DNA of 32,000 nucleotides from positions 56,804 through 88,803 of the forward strand of contig JACPWU010000056.1 of assembly GCA_016196885.1 (NCBI GenBank), given 5' to 3'. Of this stretch, positions 27,084 through 32,000 are shown piece after piece (the first letter of the stretch is position 1; each line of letters begins with the position of its first letter). Under the pieces are notes generated by a model. The model was not told the DNA's origin and made no database searches. It saw only the letters and a program-made list of their open reading frames with translations. Both the position numbers and the translations under genes were made by a program. This DNA comes from Chlamydiota bacterium. GTDB lineage: Bacteria > Auribacterota > JACPWU01.

Positions 27084-27500
27084 GTGATCCATATTTTAAT
27101 TGATGTCCATAATTATCTTCACTCCATCCCTCGCTATCGAAAGGCTCTTTCTAAAAATTACGGCCAGGCTCTTCTTGAGCTCTTACACGACCTTGTCGAA
27201 TATCAAGACTGGACACAAAATCACCTCATCTTGGTCTTAGACGGTCGCGCTCAAGAAAACGTTCAAAATCTAAAAGGGGTAGATATTCTCTTCAGCGGCC
27301 CGGATAAAACAGCTGATTGCCTCATCGAAAAATGGGTTGTTCAACATCCCCATAAAAATGGGATTCTGGTGATTACATCTGATTTTGCGATTCAAAGGGC
27401 GGCCTTGGCTGAAGGCGGACGTTTCATGAGCCCGGAAGAATTCGATCGAAGGATTCAATGTGAATTAGAGGAAGAAAAGCCCAAAGATTTTACATTTTAA
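27084..27500 (+). CDS. YacP/Rae1-like NYN-domain ribonuclease
   Basis: 138 aa with ILIDVHNYLH, LILVLDG and VITSDFAIQRAA, matching the YacP (DUF901) NYN pattern. It has a GTG start. Confidence 0.78.
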   Translation: MIHILIDVHNYLHSIPRYRKALSKNYGQALLELLHDLVEYQDWTQNHLILVLDGRAQENVQNLKGVDILFSGPDKTADCLIEKWVVQHPHKNGILVITSDFAIQRAALAEGGRFMSPEEFDRRIQCELEEEKPKDFTF

Positions 27501-27511
27501 ATTTTTAGGTT

Positions 27512-27530
27512 GAAAAGCCCTGGCTTTTTT
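27512..27530 (+). terminator. Weak rho-independent terminator candidate after the YacP-like gene
   Basis: gaaaagc-cctg-gctttttt: a 6-bp, mostly A-U stem followed by a T-run. Confidence 0.3.
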
Positions 27531-27552
27531 CACATACTAACGAGAAAATGAC

Positions 27553-27665
27553 ATAGGTGCTTGATACCCCTGGTTCAATGCAATTTGTAGTCGCCCCATT
27601 TATGGGGCCGACCCTTGTATGGATTTGCCCGACTACAAAGATCGCCCGATGAATCGGGCGACTAC
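27553..27665 (+). mobile_element. Type I MITE-like element, copy 4 (degenerate, right TIR missing)
   Basis: The left TIR-like ataggtgcttgatacccc lies at 27553-27570. REP-A is at 27587-27608 and REP-B (rc) at 27644-27665. An internally deleted REP-B remnant gcccgactac lies at 27627-27636. Confidence 0.7.
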
Positions 27666-27683
27666 AAAAGAAGGGTTTACAAT

Positions 27684-27830
27684 ATGTTTTCGAAGATCTT
27701 ATTCTTGAGCAGCCTGCTCTTCTTGGCAGCAATTTTTCAGGGTTGTCAAACTCCGCAGGGGGGTTCATCACTCCCTTGGTCACAACCCGAATCTTGGGAA
27801 ACAAACCCCACCGTGGGAATGTCTTATTAA
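27684..27830 (+). CDS. Small putative lipoprotein (48 aa)
   Basis: Internal ATG of track ORF 27615..27830. MFSKILFLSSLLFLAAIFQGC gives a signal peptide plus lipobox-like Cys. The upstream part of the track ORF is MITE-derived. The lipobox is non-canonical and the RBS is weak. Confidence 0.45.
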   Translation: MFSKILFLSSLLFLAAIFQGCQTPQGGSSLPWSQPESWETNPTVGMSY

Positions 27831-27852
27831 GCGATTCATTTTGGAGGAGTAC

Positions 27853-29517
27853 ATGATAAAAAAAATCACTGTTGTATTGAGTCTTTTTCTTTTTTTAATT
27901 CACCCCCTTTCCAGTTTCGCCCGATGGAGAGATCAGGGTCAGTCTGAAAAATATTTCAGCTTTTGGGAAAAGAAATTCGAGTGGGAGGCTTCCGCCATTG
28001 AGGGCTATGCCCTTTTGCTAGACGAAAATTATAGCATTGCAAGAGAAAAATTGGAGAAGGCAATCTCTTTGGGTTGCCCCCTTGGCAAAGTTTATTTTCA
28101 ATTAGGACTTTGTTTTGACAAACTAAACCAACGTGGAGAGGCCACTGAAAATTACAAGCACTCTCTTGATCTTCTTTCTAAATCAGACGAAAGAGACACT
28201 CAAGAATATGCCTTTTTGGCTCATTATAATTTGGGTGTCCTTTGGATAGAAGAGGGGAAAGACCCGGAGGCCGTTGGCGAGTTTGAAAAGGCCGTCCAGC
28301 TCAAACCCCAAGATGCATCCTCTTACCTCAATCTAGGCTACCTTTATTCCAGGAACGACATGCTGGAAAAAGCGGTCGATGCCTATCAAAAAACCATTCA
28401 ATACGACCCTCAGGCAGCCCTGGCCTATTATAATCTTGGAATTGTGCTGAGGCATCTGGGTCAATCCCAAGAAGCCCAAGAGCATTTCTCTCATGCCAAG
28501 ACACTGGACCCAACGCTTGAGGCAAAAACTCAAAAAGCTGCAACCGAATCCACCGAAATCAAAGACCCCTGGAATCTGACCCCTGAAGAAGTCGCAGAGA
28601 TTCGTTCTCGTGCCCAGGGAGTTGAAAATCTCACAGCTGTTGGAAACCTTTATTTTGCTAGGAACGAATTTGAGAATGCCCTCGCGATGTATGACCAAGC
28701 TCTCGCGGCTGATCCAAGCCGTGCAGAGGCCTACACGGGAAGGGGACAGGCCCTTCTTCAACTGGGCAGAGCCTGGGAGGCTCAAAAACCTTTGTTCAAA
28801 GCCCTGGAATTGGAACCCCATCAATGGAATGCCCACGTCCAACTTGGGAAGGTTTATTACGATCTTGGCCGTATTCAAATGGCCCGCTTGGAGTTTGAAA
28901 AAGCTGAGGCACAAAACCCCAACAAAATCGAAGTCCTTTTTTATCTGGGTGTTGTCCATGAATACAGCGGCGATCGTCGTTACGGCAAAGATTTTCCAGC
29001 TTCACAAGCCATTCAATATTATGAGAAAGTCCTGGAGCTAGCCCCCGATCATATGAAGGCCCGTACCAATCTGGGAAATGTCTACGCGAAAACAGGGGAT
29101 TGGGAAAGAGCGAAAAAAGAATTTGAATGGGCCTCCCAATACGCGGCCAACTGTGCTTACGCCCATTATAATTTAGGATACATCTATGATGAAATGGGTC
29201 TTCGCCGTCAGTCCATTGATGAATATTTTAAAGCGATTGGGCTCGATCCCAAGTTGACGGACGCCTATTTCAATCTGGGTTATGTCTACAGCGAATACAA
29301 ACTTTTCAAATTTGCAGAAAAGCAATATTACAAGGTGCTCGACATCGATAAAAATTATTCGGACGCCTATTTTAATCTGGGCGTCTTATACGACCGCTAT
29401 CTGAAAGAAAAAGAAAAGGCTCACACCTACTACCATGAATACGCCCTGAGATGTCCCAACGCACCTATAGACGAGCGAAAAACTCTTAAGAAAAGAATCA
29501 TTAAGTTGTATCCTTAG
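27853..29517 (+). CDS. Secreted TPR-repeat protein
   Basis: ATG at 27853 preceded by GGAGG (27843-27847). Signal peptide MIKKITVVLSLFLFLIHPLSSFA. There are more than 10 TPR units (repeated AYxNLGxxY... motifs). Confidence 0.88.
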   Translation: MIKKITVVLSLFLFLIHPLSSFARWRDQGQSEKYFSFWEKKFEWEASAIEGYALLLDENYSIAREKLEKAISLGCPLGKVYFQLGLCFDKLNQRGEATENYKHSLDLLSKSDERDTQEYAFLAHYNLGVLWIEEGKDPEAVGEFEKAVQLKPQDASSYLNLGYLYSRNDMLEKAVDAYQKTIQYDPQAALAYYNLGIVLRHLGQSQEAQEHFSHAKTLDPTLEAKTQKAATESTEIKDPWNLTPEEVAEIRSRAQGVENLTAVGNLYFARNEFENALAMYDQALAADPSRAEAYTGRGQALLQLGRAWEAQKPLFKALELEPHQWNAHVQLGKVYYDLGRIQMARLEFEKAEAQNPNKIEVLFYLGVVHEYSGDRRYGKDFPASQAIQYYEKVLELAPDHMKARTNLGNVYAKTGDWERAKKEFEWASQYAANCAYAHYNLGYIYDEMGLRRQSIDEYFKAIGLDPKLTDAYFNLGYVYSEYKLFKFAEKQYYKVLDIDKNYSDAYFNLGVLYDRYLKEKEKAHTYYHEYALRCPNAPIDERKTLKKRIIKLYP

Positions 29518-29541
29518 TTAACTGCCGGCGACGAGATCTTC

Positions 29542-30234
29542 ATGCCTTTTAATCAAAGTGAAGAAATACTGCCTCGTGAAAAATTGGAGGAAAATGGCCC
29601 TGAAAATTTAAAAGACCATGAACTCCTGGCCATTCTCTTGAGAACAGGGCTCCCCTCAAAAAATGTTCTTCAGGTGGCCAGAGACATTATCAAGGCCCAT
29701 CCTCCCAAACGGCTCTTAGACCTTAAATTAGATTCTCTTCAAAAAATAAAAGGGATTGGTCTTGCCAAGGCAAGTACACTCATTGCCGCCTTTGAACTTT
29801 CTAAACGGGCCCTTGAAAAAGGATTGGGTGTTTCCCACACCATTCACAGTCCGAAAGACATTCTTCCCCTCATCTCTGCGATCCGCCATTCTAAAAAAGA
29901 GCATTTTGTAGCCATCTACCTAAATTCAAGAAAACAGGTGATTCACCAGGAAACCATTTCTATTGGATCTCTGGACGGCAGTCTCGTCCATCCCCGGGAG
30001 GTTTTTCAACCGGGCATTCAATCTTCTGCCGCTTCGATCATCTTGGCTCATAATCACCCCTCCGGCGATGTGAGTCCCAGTCGGGAAGACATTGTTGTCA
30101 CTCAAAGATTGTGCAGGGCAGGTCACCTTTTGGGAATTGAAATTCTAGACCATGTGATTATCGCCAAAGAAAATTTCTTAAGTTTAAGAGAAGATGACAA
30201 GAGTGGGCAAATAGGATTTACCACGGATGCCTAG
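29542..30234 (+). CDS. radC: RadC-family JAB/MPN domain protein
   Basis: 230 aa with an N-terminal HhH region (ELLAILLRTG...IKGIGLAKASTLIAAFEL) and the JAMM motif HNHPSGDVSPSREDI. Confidence 0.92.
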   Translation: MPFNQSEEILPREKLEENGPENLKDHELLAILLRTGLPSKNVLQVARDIIKAHPPKRLLDLKLDSLQKIKGIGLAKASTLIAAFELSKRALEKGLGVSHTIHSPKDILPLISAIRHSKKEHFVAIYLNSRKQVIHQETISIGSLDGSLVHPREVFQPGIQSSAASIILAHNHPSGDVSPSREDIVVTQRLCRAGHLLGIEILDHVIIAKENFLSLREDDKSGQIGFTTDA

Positions 30235-31759
30235 ACCGATTAAAGAAATATATCCGACCCTTGAAAAATATGTTTCCAAAGACGCCCTTATTTGGATTCT
30301 AAAGGACTGTCTTTCTAAAAATGACTTGGAGGCGATTGCCAATCAATGCCGCATTCAATATTTAGGCACCCGAACGGCTGCCCAGGGCATAGAAGCTTTG
30401 TCTCGCGATATCGGTCAAGAATTTTTTAAAAATCCCAAGGCTCGGGAACTCATCGCCCATTATCTCGCTGGTGCCACCCAAGAAGAAATCTCGATCATCT
30501 CAAAAAAGGTGCCCAGCGAAATTCTTTCCAAGCTGCGGGAGCCTCAAAGTCCCATGATGGCGACAGGAAAGGTCGGGAAATTTCTGTGGGCACTTCTCAT
30601 GGATGAGAGAGCCGAAGTCATCCCCATCATTCCTATTTTTATTTTGAATGTATTCGAAACCATTCGCAAATTCACAAATATTCTTCAACAAATCAAGAAA
30701 CAAGAGACCGCTTCACCCAAAAGTACTTTTTCAATGCCACCCAGATCTCCATTCCCCCCTCATCCTCAGAACCTTCAACTCAAGGGAGAACTGGAAAAAG
30801 TCAAAAAAGAACTGACGTTTTCTAAAGAAGAAGTCGAAAAATTGGGAGAGAAGAATAACCAACTAGAAGTTCGTTTCCAAGACCTTCACAACAAATACAA
30901 AATCACCCTGTCTGAAGCACAAGAACTTAAACACGAAAGGAATAACTCTGCCAAAAAAATTCGAGATTTGGAACACGAACTCACCGAAATAGAATCCCGC
31001 TATAAAAATATCGAGAAACTTCAGCATCAATGGCATCAACTCGATCGCGACAACAAAATGCTTCGTTATGAACTTGAAAAAAGAGAAAAGTCCTTAGAAG
31101 AAATCTCACAGCTTAAGGCACAAAACGACCATTTCCAAAAAACCCAAATCCACTTAGAAAAAAAACTAAAAAATCTAGAGATCCTTCTCCAAGAAAAAGA
31201 AGAAGATCTCGCTCACATCAAAGAGGAGATCAAAAAAGAGGCCCTCATTAAAAAAGAAGCCAAAAAGGCTGTAAAAAGTCCTACCCCTCGCGTTGCTATT
31301 TTCGTGGATGTCCAAAACATTTATTATGCCGCCAAAGAAAAATACGAAGGGAAACTTGACTTTCAAAAACTTCTCTACGAAACCCTTCAAGGGAGAAAAC
31401 TGGTCAAGGCGGTGGCCTATGTCGTCATCACCCCTGAAATCAAGCAGACGAATTTTATCAGCACCTTAGAATCTATCGGTTATGAAATCAAATTGAAAAA
31501 CCTTAAAATCCGTCTGGATGGTTCTGCAAAAGGGGATTGGGATTTGGGGATCGCGATTGACACCCTTCTTTTGGCCGATAAAATGGACGTGGCCGTCTTG
31601 GTGAGCGGGGATGGTGATTTTGTGGACTTGGTTCGCATGCTTAAAGCCAAAAACATTCGTGTCGAAGTTGCGTCTTTCCCTCACAACACCTCGGGAGATT
31701 TGATTGACTCTGTAGATTTTCATTTCACATTGGATGAAAAAATCTTGCTGCCCTCATGA
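30227..31759 (+). CDS. Three-part protein: unknown N-terminal domain, long coiled coil, C-terminal LabA-type NYN ribonuclease domain
   Basis: 510 aa. The NYN/LabA pattern is RVAIFVDVQNIYY, KGDWDLGIAIDTL and VLVSGDGDFVDLV. Residues ~180-345 are heptad-rich K/E/L. It overlaps the radC 3' end by 8 nt. Confidence 0.8.
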   Translation: MPRPIKEIYPTLEKYVSKDALIWILKDCLSKNDLEAIANQCRIQYLGTRTAAQGIEALSRDIGQEFFKNPKARELIAHYLAGATQEEISIISKKVPSEILSKLREPQSPMMATGKVGKFLWALLMDERAEVIPIIPIFILNVFETIRKFTNILQQIKKQETASPKSTFSMPPRSPFPPHPQNLQLKGELEKVKKELTFSKEEVEKLGEKNNQLEVRFQDLHNKYKITLSEAQELKHERNNSAKKIRDLEHELTEIESRYKNIEKLQHQWHQLDRDNKMLRYELEKREKSLEEISQLKAQNDHFQKTQIHLEKKLKNLEILLQEKEEDLAHIKEEIKKEALIKKEAKKAVKSPTPRVAIFVDVQNIYYAAKEKYEGKLDFQKLLYETLQGRKLVKAVAYVVITPEIKQTNFISTLESIGYEIKLKNLKIRLDGSAKGDWDLGIAIDTLLLADKMDVAVLVSGDGDFVDLVRMLKAKNIRVEVASFPHNTSGDLIDSVDFHFTLDEKILLPS

Positions 31760-31905
31760 GACGAATCCTTTTTTTAGCCCTCATTTTTGTGGGATGTAGT
31801 GGTGTGGTTTATCTCTTGCCTAAAAAAAATTCAGCGCCTTCTTATGAACCCTTTTCCCTTTCTCCTCTGTGCGCCAAGAGAAGCTTGGCGTTTGTTGCAG
31901 GGTGA
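31756..31905 (+). CDS. Small putative lipoprotein ORF (49 aa), possibly disrupted
   Basis: Too short for the ORF track. The ATG overlaps the upstream stop (ATGA). MRRILFLALIFVGCSG is a signal plus lipobox-like Cys. The 3' third of the ORF runs through a strong hairpin (31872-31890), so it may be truncated or not genuine. Confidence 0.35.
   Translation: MRRILFLALIFVGCSGVVYLLPKKNSAPSYEPFSLSPLCAKRSLAFVAG
31872..31896 (+). terminator. Rho-independent terminator candidate
   Basis: A perfect 7-bp stem, cgccaag (31872-31878) with cttggcg (31884-31890), has a 5-nt loop and is followed by tttgtt. Confidence 0.4.
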
Positions 31906-32000
31906 GGCAAGAAGCTTGTGCTTCAAGCCAAGTCCCTGTTGAGAAAGGTCTAACCAACCACTCATACTGAGTGTTGCAGTTATGAAGGAGCAGAACATGC

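Noticed and set aside
27570-27586. tRNA-like string ggttcaatgc
   Set aside because: It is part of MITE copy 4. No acceptor, D or anticodon arms can be drawn, and no tRNA or rRNA signatures appear elsewhere in the window.
25661-31759. Reading the ATPase / NYN / RadC / NYN stretch as a recognised phage-defence island
   Set aside because: The gene set matches no defence system I know. radC has the full-length housekeeping architecture, and TPR and lipoprotein genes are interspersed. I kept it only as low-interest findings.

Overview
This looks like a chromosomal, mostly housekeeping segment of roughly 40-45% GC (by eye) from an unidentified Gram-negative-type bacterium. Evidence for that envelope type: lipoproteins, an O-antigen-ligase-like protein and pilB/pilC. 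I support about 30 protein genes. They are pilC' and pilB; gmd plus an Rmd-like reductase; a K+-independent-type H+-pyrophosphatase; two orphan CheY-like receivers; trxA; mdh; a TPR lipoprotein; a TPR/coiled-coil/LysM protein; an ABC ATPase plus a large permease; an aldehyde dehydrogenase; a small HNH endonuclease; holA; a Wzy_C/O-antigen-ligase-like protein; pgsA; a small HAMP-like membrane protein; a TsaC-YwlE fusion; rpiB; glyA; nrdR; a PpiD-like chaperone; a DUF4143 AAA+ ATPase; a YacP/Rae1-like NYN protein; a secreted TPR protein; radC; and a coiled-coil LabA-type NYN protein. I found no rRNA, tRNA or CRISPR array. The unusual content is non-coding: 7 of the 10 intergenic gaps longer than 100 bp are filled with repeats. 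(i) Six copies of an inverted doublet of GTAG-headed 22-nt hairpins (REPIN-like) sit inside two different MITE-like carriers. (ii) Long AT-rich hairpins are built from short reiterated words (GTAAGTT, GAATTCAGA, ATCAAAA). (iii) One nested GC-armed palindrome lies at 12.1-12.4 kb. The MITEs insert into or next to the AT-word hairpins. One copy has a putative 9-bp target-site duplication. Two oppositely oriented copies bracket the HNH gene, which is my best candidate for an undescribed mobile unit. No transposase or RAYT gene is present in the window. The last ~130 nt change character (hairpin plus structured, GC-richer sequence) and are cut by the window edge. All protein calls rest on motifs read from the supplied translations; no database search was possible.
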